Source of the DNA: Candidatus Aegiribacteria sp.
GTDB taxonomy: Bacteria > Fermentibacterota > Fermentibacteria > Fermentibacterales > JCC-6
NCBI GenBank assembly: GCA_023138735.1
Contig: JAGLOY010000064.1
Coordinates: 15,567 to 79,566 of the forward strand
Direction of reading: 5' to 3'
Length of the DNA stretch: 64,000 bases
Shown: positions 17,690-27,651 of the stretch, piece by piece
Numbering within the stretch: position 1 is the stretch's first letter
Layout: each line of letters opens with the position of its first letter
Notes under the pieces: generated by a model
What the model was told of the DNA's origin: nothing
Seen by the model: the letters and a program-made list of their open reading frames with translations, nothing else
Database searches by the model: none
Program-made: the position numbers and the translations under genes

Positions 17690-19384
17690 ATGGAGAGAAT
17701 GATGAAAAATGCTGCAATAACTGTATTTATGGTGTTAATGTGTGCCGCTGTGGTAAGCGGTTACTCCGGGGCAACTTTCAGAGAAATCCTTCCCGGTGGA
17801 ACGGTTGACCTGGAGTACGAAGGTACAGAGTCGTTTGAATTGAGCGCCTCGATAGACATTCACACCGGCAACGATTCTTCAGGTGTGATCTGGCATTACA
17901 GTGTTGTATCAGGTCTTACTCAGAAGATTGTCCCTATCGGTTACAATGCCGGTTATGTATTCAACGGAGGATGGTACGGCGGCGGCAAGATGTTCGAAGG
18001 TATTGCAGGGAACGGGGTCCCGATCTGGGAAATCGCGGAACCGGCTACCGGAACCAACGAATACTGGACAAACTGGGGAACCGGGACAGCTGCAGCAGAG
18101 AGCAGCGACATCTTCTATTCAATTATCAGATACTCTATCTACAACGATAACGGAACTCCTGGGGTTCCGGGTGATGACTGGCTGGTTTCGGACAACAACT
18201 GCCTGATAAGCTGCTACGATAATTCATCGGCCACACCGCTCTGGACCTATACCGGTACGGACAGCATCGATGCCGGCTCGGTGGATAATCCCGGCAGGTT
18301 CATGTGTTCCGATGATGGAACTGTTCTGGCAGTCGGCTGCCGCATAGATGGTTTTATGTCGGTGGTTTTCTTCAGCAACAGCAGCAGTGTGCCGATATCG
18401 GTATACGAAGACCCATCGGTCACGAATATGCCCAGACAGATCAGGCTTACGGAAGACGGTTCGAAGTGCATCTTCCGCACGTCCGTGCTGTACAGAGTGG
18501 ATACAGCCACCGGGGTTCTTGAGGATTCCTATAATCTGGGTGCTTCAACAGACTGTTTCGGCGTATCCTCCGATGGTTCCGTAGTGGCTTACGGATTTAC
18601 TTCAATACGTGTTGCAGTATGGGATGGGTCGGCATACAATTTCGAATGGGCCAGATCTATTAGCGGTTATTATGCAGGCGGCGCTGCGGTTGCGGATGAT
18701 AATGCCACCATATATTTCGGATGTTACAAGAGTAACTACCTGACAAATCGCATAACCCGGCACGATATCTCCAGCTCGGACCCGCTCTGGACCTACGATT
18801 ACCCAACAGGTGGAGGAAGTTTCCAGGATGTAGTTGAGTGGATGGAATGTTCTGAGGATGGAAGATGGGTAGTGATTGGTTCATGGGGATGCCAGACGGG
18901 CGGGGGACCGGAAGTCTGCGTTATGGATGACCTGTACCCTTCATCACCTGCCTATACAATAGACACGCCCGGATCCATTTTTCATGTGGATATCACACCG
19001 GACGGCAACTACATATCCGCATCAGGCAAGCATGTGCACGCCAATCAGATGGGGTCAGGCGCCGATGTTTACTTTGCCGAGATCGATCAGACCGGAATAG
19101 AAGGGGGATCACAGCAATTGTTTACAATCCCTGTTGTCAACCGGGTTTATCCTAACCCTGCCTGTGGATCCGTTGCCTTCAGTTTTGTTATTCCGGATCA
19201 GGGACAGGTTTCGCTGGACATCTTCGATATCAGCGGCCACAGAGTCATGAACTTATTCGAGGGTGTATTGGTTCCCGGTGAGCACGATATTGCTGCGGAG
19301 ATCGACCTTGGCAACGGCTTGTACTTCTACAGATTGTCGGCCGGGGGAGGTTCAGCTGCAGGTAAGCTGATTATCAGCAGATAG
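17690..19384 (+). CDS. secreted beta-propeller (PQQ/WD40-like) protein with T9SS C-terminal sorting domain
   Basis: It has a signal peptide. TPLWTY/DPLWTY blade motifs recur. The C-terminus NGLYFYRLSAGGGSAAGKLIISR is a T9SS-type sorting domain. Confidence 0.6.
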   Translation: MERMMKNAAITVFMVLMCAAVVSGYSGATFREILPGGTVDLEYEGTESFELSASIDIHTGNDSSGVIWHYSVVSGLTQKIVPIGYNAGYVFNGGWYGGGKMFEGIAGNGVPIWEIAEPATGTNEYWTNWGTGTAAAESSDIFYSIIRYSIYNDNGTPGVPGDDWLVSDNNCLISCYDNSSATPLWTYTGTDSIDAGSVDNPGRFMCSDDGTVLAVGCRIDGFMSVVFFSNSSSVPISVYEDPSVTNMPRQIRLTEDGSKCIFRTSVLYRVDTATGVLEDSYNLGASTDCFGVSSDGSVVAYGFTSIRVAVWDGSAYNFEWARSISGYYAGGAAVADDNATIYFGCYKSNYLTNRITRHDISSSDPLWTYDYPTGGGSFQDVVEWMECSEDGRWVVIGSWGCQTGGGPEVCVMDDLYPSSPAYTIDTPGSIFHVDITPDGNYISASGKHVHANQMGSGADVYFAEIDQTGIEGGSQQLFTIPVVNRVYPNPACGSVAFSFVIPDQGQVSLDIFDISGHRVMNLFEGVLVPGEHDIAAEIDLGNGLYFYRLSAGGGSAAGKLIISR

Positions 19385-19434
19385 TTCCGGAACAAGCTGA
19401 AATATTGTAGATGTGATTCATGGAGGGTGACCAT

Positions 19435-20448
19435 ATGAAAACGGTAGTGATTACGGTTCTTCTTACCTTTGTATCCCTCCTATGGGGGCAGATCGAATAT
19501 CAGCCGATAACCGGTGTATTACTCGAACATTGGAATACAGCATATTCAACTTTCCTGCCGCAGGTGCATTATTTTGATTCCGATGAGCTGCCTGGAGATA
19601 TCTACGAACTTCGCATTACAGGTATTGAAGTTGAGCGGGATTCATTGGATATCTATTTACTGGGAATGATTCCCAAAACAGATATTCCTCTGCTTCTGGC
19701 AACTGGTGGATACAGAGGAGATCACAACTTCACAAAATCCTACGCGGGTTATGTAGAAGAAGAAGATGAAATTCGTCTCTCTTTTCAGATGCCGGGCAGC
19801 GCGAGATGGTGCAGCGGCTGTTACAGATGGAACATTGAGGATGAATCGCTTGAGTTCCTCCGTTATTATTCAAGAGATCCCTCTCTGGAGGCGATGGAGA
19901 GAGTAGACAGCCTTCTGGCAGTTGGGAGTATCTCTGAAGCGATTCGTGAACTGAACGGAATGTTCTATCCGGGAAATTATTACAGTTCCGATGAAATGAT
20001 CTCCCGTTTACTGGTAAGTATCAACAGAACTGCTCTTGAACAGCACCACGCAGGAAACAATCAGGCTGCTGTGGATCTGTTCCTTGATCTTGCCGATTTT
20101 TTTCATACTACGGATGAATGGTTCCAGGCTTTTGATGACAGCCTTGATTACGTCGAAAGTAATTACTCTCAATACATGGATTTAAGTGATTGTGTAATGA
20201 TCATGAATAATTACGCGTTCTACCTTGAGCAGATCGATGATCCTGGCAAATCCCTTATCGTTCTGCGGAAAGTTCTGGACCTGGATCCGTCACGAATGGT
20301 TGCCCATCTGAATATTGCGGATGTTCTGTGGGATCTTGGTGAAAATGACGAGGCGGAAGAGCATTACATCATCTATCAGGAAATGATGATCGAGAGTGAA
20401 CTGACTCATCAGATTCCTCTTCGAGTGCGTGAGAGAACATCAGAGTAG
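19435..20448 (+). CDS. secreted hypothetical protein with C-terminal TPR-like region
   Basis: It has an RBS (ggaggg) and the signal peptide MKTVVITVLLTFVSLLWG. Confidence 0.5.
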   Translation: MKTVVITVLLTFVSLLWGQIEYQPITGVLLEHWNTAYSTFLPQVHYFDSDELPGDIYELRITGIEVERDSLDIYLLGMIPKTDIPLLLATGGYRGDHNFTKSYAGYVEEEDEIRLSFQMPGSARWCSGCYRWNIEDESLEFLRYYSRDPSLEAMERVDSLLAVGSISEAIRELNGMFYPGNYYSSDEMISRLLVSINRTALEQHHAGNNQAAVDLFLDLADFFHTTDEWFQAFDDSLDYVESNYSQYMDLSDCVMIMNNYAFYLEQIDDPGKSLIVLRKVLDLDPSRMVAHLNIADVLWDLGENDEAEEHYIIYQEMMIESELTHQIPLRVRERTSE

Positions 20449-20474
20449 TCTCAGACCGGCTGTTTTCTGTACCT

Positions 20475-21884
20475 CTACCTGATGACCGTTACACTTCTGG
20501 TGGACAGTTCGTCACCCTCCACTATGCAGAGGAAGTACATTCCCGAAGCAAGTTCAGAAACATTCCAGTTAACTGACTGGCAATCGCCGGGAATTCCGGA
20601 AAAGAGAGTTTGCACAATCCTGCCGGAAAGGTCGAGAACAACGAGTTCAGCGTGATTGGAACCTTCGATAATCAAAGTAGTGGATGACCTGACGGGATTC
20701 TCTGCAAGAATGCAGGATGTGTTTTCAGGAGTATCGCCGACAGAGCCGCCTGTGATACCCGTCTGGATCAGCCAGGGGTCATATTCGACGAATCTGCTCA
20801 CTTCATCACCGCTGCCCGGACCTATACCTCCTGGACCGCTTGGATCACCCCACCAGTTCAGTGTGGCATCGAATGAGAACCAATCAATCGAGCTTCTGAT
20901 GCCGAATCCATCGTTATCCGTGAAATTGCAGTAGTGAACGGAAGCGCCCCTGGAATAGGGTCCTTTGGCGCTTCCGCACCCGATACCGTCCCTGGTGTTA
21001 TTCGCAAAAGTTGAACTGTCAGCATTCAAAGTGCCGTAATAAACATGTAATCCATCACCAATGTTACTAAGAATATCACACTTTGTTATAGTAAGAAGGC
21101 CTCCCTGAAGCGTGATCCCCGCACCCCATAGAGAAGTGTTGCCAGCTATCAGGTTTTCATGGAGTATCGTGCCCGATGCGTTAAGATGATATATACCACC
21201 GCCGAACCAGCCGGATTGATTATCGATGATCTGATTACCGATGATGAGTGTATTTCTTGTGCAGGTTATACCGCCGCCGTAGTCAACGCTGAAGTTGTCA
21301 TGGATGATATTGTTTGAAACAACAGGCATACCAGTGCCGCCACCGGTAATACAGATCCCTCCTCCGCTTGTGAGATCCTTTATTCCATGCAGCAAAGGAT
21401 TGCCAGCACTGTTGTATCGGATGGTATTTTCATCTATGACAACGCGGGAACTGGTGCAATAGAGTCCGCCCCCGGCGTTAAGCGCAAAGCAGTCTTCAAT
21501 GATGTTGCCGGTTATAAGGGGAGAGGATACACTGCATCGGATACCGCCGCCCTGTTCGGCTGCCCCGTTCCTGATGGTGAAACCGCTTATAACCGTTGAT
21601 GTATCCACAACCGGGGAGAGGAGAGTGATAACGGTTCCTGAGCTGTCCCCGTCGATTATTGTCTCGTTCGGCCCCTGCTCGGAAATAAGTGCGAGATCCG
21701 CTACATCCGGCCAGATGATGTTTTCCAGGTAGGTTCCCGGAGCAACCAGGATGGTATCCCCGGATTGCGCGCTGTCCAGGGCTTCCTGTATGGTGCTGCA
21801 GTCACCTGGAACTTCGATAATTCCGGCAGCAGGGGAGCCGCATACGATCAGAATGGTCAACTGCAAGAAATGACGCATATACAC
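20475..21884 (-). CDS. right-handed parallel beta-helix repeat protein with T9SS C-terminal sorting domain
   Basis: GGGI/NNII beta-helix repeat motifs recur. The C-terminus is GMYFLCIVEGDELSTRSVTVIR. Confidence 0.65.
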   Translation of the reverse strand: MYMRHFLQLTILIVCGSPAAGIIEVPGDCSTIQEALDSAQSGDTILVAPGTYLENIIWPDVADLALISEQGPNETIIDGDSSGTVITLLSPVVDTSTVISGFTIRNGAAEQGGGIRCSVSSPLITGNIIEDCFALNAGGGLYCTSSRVVIDENTIRYNSAGNPLLHGIKDLTSGGGICITGGGTGMPVVSNNIIHDNFSVDYGGGITCTRNTLIIGNQIIDNQSGWFGGGIYHLNASGTILHENLIAGNTSLWGAGITLQGGLLTITKCDILSNIGDGLHVYYGTLNADSSTFANNTRDGIGCGSAKGPYSRGASVHYCNFTDNDGFGIRSSIDWFSFDATLNWWGDPSGPGGIGPGSGDEVSRFVEYDPWLIQTGITGGSVGDTPENTSCILAENPVRSSTTLIIEGSNHAELVVLDLSGRIVQTLFSGIPGDCQSVNWNVSELASGMYFLCIVEGDELSTRSVTVIR

Positions 21885-22077
21885 TGGACCCTCCGTTTCA
21901 TACTGATTATGTATGTAATATACGAACTGCTACTTATACATTCATTCGATTGAACAGACAGTTATTTTCTCTCACTTGCTTTGATAGTTGGGTACTACTA
22001 TAGTAGACTGGTCATATAAGTGTAAAGGTATTAACATCTGTTAGTTGATTGTTCATTAACTCAGAAAGGAGGTGTCT

Positions 22078-23082
22078 GTGGGAAAACTGACTCTTATAGT
22101 TCTACTGTCCCTTGCTGCCGTTGCTATGGCAGCTAACAGGGTGGTGCTTTTCGAGGAGTTCACACAGACCGGTTGAAGCAGCTGTGCAAGCAGCGCGGGC
22201 GCTGTTAAGAGTATGGTCAACGGGTATCTCACCAATGATGAGATTGCCCCAATGATCATTTTTGCGAACGGTCCAGCCGGGAATGCCTTTAATTCCGGCA
22301 GAGATGCTTTATACAATTGGGGTTACACCCCTACGTTCCAGACGGATGGAATCCTTCAGAGAATCGGGTGGTCCCAGTCGATAGTTCAGGGCCACATCGA
22401 CACCAGACTGGCAGTTCCAAGCTATCTGGATATCTCAGTAGATATCTTTGGCAATGCCAGCGGAGGAATCGCCGTATACACTCTCATTGCGGAACAGGAC
22501 CTCGGAGTCAGTCCTCTCAAGCTCTATTCCGCTATCGTCGAGAGCGGTGACATTGCCTCCAGCGCGTACGGCTACTATGCCGGCCAGGTAATGGCATGGG
22601 AACCGAGAGCATGGCCTGCAGGAGCCACGGGTACATCGATTAGCTTCACAGGTCCTTATCCCGAAACTATCATCATCGAGAAGCCCTATACACTCGATCC
22701 CTCGCAGCACTCATTCGATATGCTCGATGTCGTATCGTTTGTACAGCTAACAACCGGTAACCACGAAGTGATGAACGCTCATTTCATGGATCTTCCGGAC
22801 ACCGATCCTTCCGGTATTCACGAAGGTTCTACCGAAGCTGTGAATTCGATAAGTATCGGCATCAGCAATAACCCGAGTAACGGTTCTTTCAACATCAATA
22901 CAATTGTACCGTCCGGAGTTACCGGAACCATCGCGATCTATGATCTTTACGGAAGGATCGCAAGAGAGTTCGAAGCTGGCGGAATCACACCGGTCGTACT
23001 CGAAGAGACGGGTGTTTATTTCATTCATCTGCTCACGAGTACAGGTGAAACTGTTATAGAGAAGTGCACGGTTATTCGCTGA
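22078..23082 (+). CDS. secreted thioredoxin-fold-like T9SS cargo protein with an in-frame TGA in a G-U-S-S-C motif (candidate selenoprotein)
   Basis: AAAGGAGG precedes a GTG start by 5 nt. The signal peptide GKLTLIVLLSLAAVAMA lies only upstream of the TGA at 22174-22176. The same frame continues into ORF 22213-23082, which ends in a T9SS sorting domain. Confidence 0.55.
22189..22206 (+). other. stem-loop 12 nt downstream of the in-frame TGA (7-8 bp stem, GG-containing apical loop), a bacterial SECIS-like candidate
   Basis: agcagcgc-gg-gcgctgtt forms the stem-loop. The apical loop is about 20 nt after the UGA. Confidence 0.3.
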
Positions 23083-23183
23083 ACGAAGTTTCCATCCCCT
23101 CCCTCAGTGAACGGGCCGCTCTCTCCTCGGGCGGCCCGTTCCGCAGACTTGACATCCTTAAAAGACCAGTCTAATAGTACTGC

Positions 23184-23801
23184 ATGAAAGGAGGCAGAAT
23201 GAGTCAGGAAGTCGCACAGAGAATACTGGAAAAAGGTGCCCAGCTGGTGCGGGAGAATGGTTTTAACAATACAGGTCTGAACGACATACTGAAAGCTGCC
23301 AGGATCCCAAAAGGTTCCTTCTATTACTACTTCAAAAGCAAAGAGGATTTCGGGTTGAGAATGATCGAACACCTGCACAGCGGGATAAGCAGGTCATTCT
23401 ACCAGTACCTCGCTGAGGAGTCGGACACACCGCCGCTTGAATTACTCAGGTCATTCTTTGCTGGATTCAGAAAAGCATTCATGTCTGATGAGCAGAAATG
23501 CGGGTGCCCCATAGGCAACATCTCCCAGGAGATGGCTGCGACGAACCCGCGGTTTCGCGAGAAGCTGAATGCTGTCTTCTCCGACATCATGAAACCTGTA
23601 TCGCTATGCCTTGACCGGGCTGTCGAGCTGGGCGACCTGGATCCCTCAATAGATACGGCCGAGATGGCGGAATTCATCATCAACAGCTGGCAGGGGGCAC
23701 TCATCTACCTCAAGGTCGCAGATTGCGAGAGACCTCTTGTTCTTTTCGAGAAGTTCGTGTTCGAGAATCTGCTTCCCTTTTACGTTTCAGAGAAGGAGTA
23801 A
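23184..23801 (+). CDS. TetR/AcrR family transcriptional regulator
   Basis: An N-terminal helix-turn-helix (TGLNDILKAARIPKGSFYYYFKSKEDF) is present. Confidence 0.8.
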   Translation: MKGGRMSQEVAQRILEKGAQLVRENGFNNTGLNDILKAARIPKGSFYYYFKSKEDFGLRMIEHLHSGISRSFYQYLAEESDTPPLELLRSFFAGFRKAFMSDEQKCGCPIGNISQEMAATNPRFREKLNAVFSDIMKPVSLCLDRAVELGDLDPSIDTAEMAEFIINSWQGALIYLKVADCERPLVLFEKFVFENLLPFYVSEKE

Positions 23802-23805
23802 GAAA

Positions 23806-24567
23806 ATGCTGAACAAAGTTCTCTTTCTAACGCTGCTGTTAAGCTGCATCTTCGTTCTCCCCGCTGCAGCCGATCAGGTTACCCTCGAACCGGACCAGGA
23901 CGCATTTGTCTGCGACTGTGTTCCCGGCGTGACCAACCCTATGCTTGGAAATGAGTACCTTGCACAGGGCAGGTATTCCGCCTGTTACAACAGAACTTTC
24001 ATAATGTGGGACCTCAGTTCCATACCTGCCGGATCAACTATCGATGACGCCGAGTTCCGGATCTACTGCTGTCAGTTCTACGGGGCGCCTTCGGGGCAGA
24101 TGGTGTACTATCGCGTATTGGAGGCATGGAGCGAAACAACCGTTACCTACCTCAACATGCCGGCGTTCACTACGGATGGGGCTGTATTCCTTTCCAGCTG
24201 GCCGACGGGCGGATCGTGGCATACGATCGATGTTACAGATTTCGTTGCAGGATGGTTCACCGGTACCGACAATTACGGTCTTTACTGTCACAGCACCGGC
24301 AGCACGTCAACCAGCGATTGTGCCTACTACTCCTCCAGGGTCAGCAGTCCGGGTTACCGGCCCAGACTTGTCGTGACCTACACGCCGCCATCGGCTTTCG
24401 AACAGTCGACCTGGGGCGGCCTGAAAACCCTGGGGAATAACGACTCCGAATCGGACGAGTGCACGTGCGAGTGCTTCATGGAACTCCCACCACCGTGCCC
24501 CGCGACGGAGGAGACTGAAATCACAGAAACAGATACTGAGGATGACGCAAAGTCGATTAGTAAATAA
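23806..24567 (+). CDS. secreted DNRLRE-domain protein
   Basis: A signal peptide is present. Spaced blocks (FIMWDLSSIPAGSTI, AWSETTVTY, IDVTDFVAGW, NYGLY, YRPRLVVTY) match the DNRLRE-domain pattern. Confidence 0.55.
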   Translation: MLNKVLFLTLLLSCIFVLPAAADQVTLEPDQDAFVCDCVPGVTNPMLGNEYLAQGRYSACYNRTFIMWDLSSIPAGSTIDDAEFRIYCCQFYGAPSGQMVYYRVLEAWSETTVTYLNMPAFTTDGAVFLSSWPTGGSWHTIDVTDFVAGWFTGTDNYGLYCHSTGSTSTSDCAYYSSRVSSPGYRPRLVVTYTPPSAFEQSTWGGLKTLGNNDSESDECTCECFMELPPPCPATEETEITETDTEDDAKSISK

Positions 24568-24739
24568 CCATAGTCCATCATCACTTCAAATATGATTGAC
24601 ACGATTGCGGCACCAACTGTATTGCTTCTTCGGAAAATCTGCACTATCTGACACATGAAATGACACCAGGTATTATCGATTCAAGAGTGAATTGCGGCTG
24701 TACTGGAGATATGGGGTAATATTCAAGGGAGGTTGTCAT

Positions 24740-25831
24740 ATGAAACGTATTAATACCGTTTTGTCAGGTTCTTGTTTTATTGTGCTTTTAATCCTGCTGG
24801 TTCCATTGCAGGATTCTGCGGCAGAGTCCGTTGTTCTTGCAAACAACGTATCTGAATTCACAGTGCTCAATGATACGGAAGTTCTCTACTGCGACAGCGA
24901 TGTCAACTTTTTCATTGTGAGCACTCAGCCTCCTTACGAAACACGATCCTGGGATCCCGGTTGGGATCCCACTGACAGCGGATGGGAATACGCAGGGACA
25001 CTGAGGTATCTGTTTGCGAGTCCTGACGGAGAGTGGGTCTGTTTCGCAAGGTTCGTACTGATCCCTGAAAATGTACTGCTGCCCGATGAATATGTTCATT
25101 CACCGTATGCAGTTGTGATTGCTCCGGTGCATGGAACAACAGCCTGGCTTGCCGCACTTGCCCAGGAGGTCGGTGGAGGTCCTAATTTCGACTTTACTAT
25201 GGATTCGATGAATTTGTACGGACAGCCATTTGTATCATCTGAGACCACCCTGGAGGGATATCTTGCCGATTGCCGTGGAGATCCTGATAGGGAAATCGTT
25301 GAAGCTTTCTCCGTCATTAACCTCCTGAGCGGTGAGCGGACCGGAGGTGGTCTCCCTCTGAATGATGGATTCCTGGCCTGCCCCTATTCAGACCTTGTAG
25401 CTGTGAATGACTACTCCCTCGAGATGATCGTGGATATGTCTCTGGAAAAGATAGTATTGCGTAACAACTCAGGTCAGTATCGCTTTGAAGTGGAGAAGTG
25501 GGTTTCAGAAGATGCCATCCTGCTGGATGATGATGGAGAACAGTGTCTGCTTTACGCCGATGGAACCGTTGTTTTTAATCCCGGTGAGAATAATATCACT
25601 GTATACTGCTGTATGCCGGACGGGAAGTACGTATTCTCGACAGATGGCGGAAGTACAATGCTGTACGGCAGCATCGACTGGGAGAGTTTTTCACCCGATA
25701 GTGCCGTCCCAATGTCGGTAATCGGAGACAACCTTTCTACATGGGATAAGATACTTCCGATGGCGGACGGAAGTGGAATAGTATTTTTCAGCCACCAGTT
25801 GAACGGGCTTCTTTTCCACCCCTGCCCATAA
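24740..25831 (+). CDS. secreted hypothetical protein
   Basis: It has an RBS (gggagg) and the signal peptide MKRINTVLSGSCFIVLLILLVP. Confidence 0.45.
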   Translation: MKRINTVLSGSCFIVLLILLVPLQDSAAESVVLANNVSEFTVLNDTEVLYCDSDVNFFIVSTQPPYETRSWDPGWDPTDSGWEYAGTLRYLFASPDGEWVCFARFVLIPENVLLPDEYVHSPYAVVIAPVHGTTAWLAALAQEVGGGPNFDFTMDSMNLYGQPFVSSETTLEGYLADCRGDPDREIVEAFSVINLLSGERTGGGLPLNDGFLACPYSDLVAVNDYSLEMIVDMSLEKIVLRNNSGQYRFEVEKWVSEDAILLDDDGEQCLLYADGTVVFNPGENNITVYCCMPDGKYVFSTDGGSTMLYGSIDWESFSPDSAVPMSVIGDNLSTWDKILPMADGSGIVFFSHQLNGLLFHPCP

Positions 25832-25840
25832 TGTGAGGGA

Positions 25841-26836
25841 TTGAATATGAGAGCATCCGAATTTGGATACGTTGTAGCATCGATCGTAATACTGTGTGCC
25901 GGCTGTGTAACCGGCAGCGGCACGGAAGGGTCACCTTCTGAAGACTACAGGAATGGGATGCGGGATCTTGTAGAGGATCTCAGCTCATGGTCGAAGAGTA
26001 TTTCTCCTTCCTTTATGATCATTCCTCAGAACGGTCAGGAACTGATAACCGAAAACGGAGAACCTGACGGCTCTGTGGATATTTCCTACACCGGCGCTGT
26101 TGACGGTTTTGGCAGGGAGGATCTCTTCTACGGCTATCAGAGCGACGATACGGCTACTCCTGCGGATGAGACATCATGGATGGTATCTTTTCTTGATCTC
26201 GGGATGAATTACGGAAAAACGATACTTGTCACCGATTACTGTCATACTCCCTGGAAGATGGACAGTTCATACGTCTGGAACCGGAATGCCGGTTACGTAT
26301 CGTTCGCTGCCGATCACAGGGCGCTGGACAATATCCCGGATTATCCAGCGAATCCATGGAGCGTTCATCAGGATGACGTAATAGAACTGGCCGATGCGAA
26401 GAACTTCCTTTACCTTATAAATCCGGATCAGTACAGCAGCTGTGATGACTTCATCAATGCGCTTGCAGCAACGGATTACGACCTGCTGATAATAGACTTA
26501 TTCTGGAACAGCCAGCAATTAACCTCCAGCGATATAAGCCAGCTCCAGAGCAAACAGGGAGGCGGGGAGCGCCTCGTAATCGCCTATATGAGTATCGGTG
26601 AGGCTGAGGATTACAGGTATTACTGGCAGCCCGGCTGGAGCAGTGATCCCCCCGGCTGGCTCCACGGTGAGAACCCTGAATGGGAAGGAAATTACCTTAT
26701 TGAATACTGGGATCCTCAGTGGCAGGCCATTATTTTCGGTTCTGATGATTCTTACCTTGACAGAATCCTGAACTGCGGTTTTGACGGTGTTTACCTGGAT
26801 AAGATCGATTCGTTTGAAACCTGGGAGGAAGGGTAG
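25841..26836 (+). CDS. GH114/TM1410-like putative glycoside hydrolase lipoprotein (endo-alpha-1,4-polygalactosaminidase-like)
   Basis: It has a lipobox (ILCAGC). The blocks IAYMSIGEAEDYRYYW and GFDGVYLDKID are typical of the TIM-barrel GH114 family. Confidence 0.5.
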   Translation: MNMRASEFGYVVASIVILCAGCVTGSGTEGSPSEDYRNGMRDLVEDLSSWSKSISPSFMIIPQNGQELITENGEPDGSVDISYTGAVDGFGREDLFYGYQSDDTATPADETSWMVSFLDLGMNYGKTILVTDYCHTPWKMDSSYVWNRNAGYVSFAADHRALDNIPDYPANPWSVHQDDVIELADAKNFLYLINPDQYSSCDDFINALAATDYDLLIIDLFWNSQQLTSSDISQLQSKQGGGERLVIAYMSIGEAEDYRYYWQPGWSSDPPGWLHGENPEWEGNYLIEYWDPQWQAIIFGSDDSYLDRILNCGFDGVYLDKIDSFETWEEG

Positions 26837-27441
26837 AAGAATCTGTACGCCCATATTGCCGAGAATATCCCGATAAATGCGCCGAACAGAACGTCACTGG
26901 GATAATGATCCGTAACCAGGACTCTGCTCAGGCCGACAAGCACGGCAAAGGAGATGAAAACAGCCGTCAGATGCCGAAATCGCAGTGACAGAGCAGTTAG
27001 AATCGAGAAAACCCTGAGAGTATGTCCAGAGGGCGTGGAATTGAATGCCCATTCCGATGAAAGAAAACTAAACCCGTAAAGATTGTCCTTGAAAAACATA
27101 ACCGGCCTGTGACGGGCAAGAAGGTACTTCAGTCCCTCTCCGACAACGATGGCTATCGCGCAGCTGATGCAGAGATACAGCAGGAATTTGATCCAGGGCT
27201 TTCGTGTATCCGAATTCAGGGCAACGATCAGCAGGAAACTCAGAGCAAGCCCCAGCCTTATGACAGATCCATCGCCAAAATAGGAGAAGAACGTTCCAAG
27301 TTCGGATAACCATGTATGCGAACAATTGTTCAGAATCCAGATATCCACCGATCTGTCCACAAACAGAAAAAGGAGAATGTAAACAACCAGAGTTCCAGCT
27401 GCGTATATGAGAGTCTTTCTGCGAAGATCGTTCATGCACAC
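26791..27441 (-). CDS. PAP2 family phosphatase (membrane)
   Basis: The KYLLARHRP, PSGH and SRVLVTDHYPSD motifs are present. Confidence 0.75.
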   Translation of the reverse strand: MCMNDLRRKTLIYAAGTLVVYILLFLFVDRSVDIWILNNCSHTWLSELGTFFSYFGDGSVIRLGLALSFLLIVALNSDTRKPWIKFLLYLCISCAIAIVVGEGLKYLLARHRPVMFFKDNLYGFSFLSSEWAFNSTPSGHTLRVFSILTALSLRFRHLTAVFISFAVLVGLSRVLVTDHYPSDVLFGAFIGIFSAIWAYRFFYPSSQVSNESILSR

Positions 27442-27651
27442 CCTCCAGATTCAGTTTCATCCCATTTTCCTGCGTTAATATTATTGTACCGATCGCATTC
27501 TGCAAGAAGTTACAACTGGAATGCCGGGCTTGCCTCGATCTCCGTAGATATGTACATCGAACTTACTGCGGCTGGTTCGATCCTGGAGAAAGGAAATGTC
27601 TTGCATAGGAATAACGGGGACGTACCGTGGGTACGCCCCAGGTTCTGTTTT

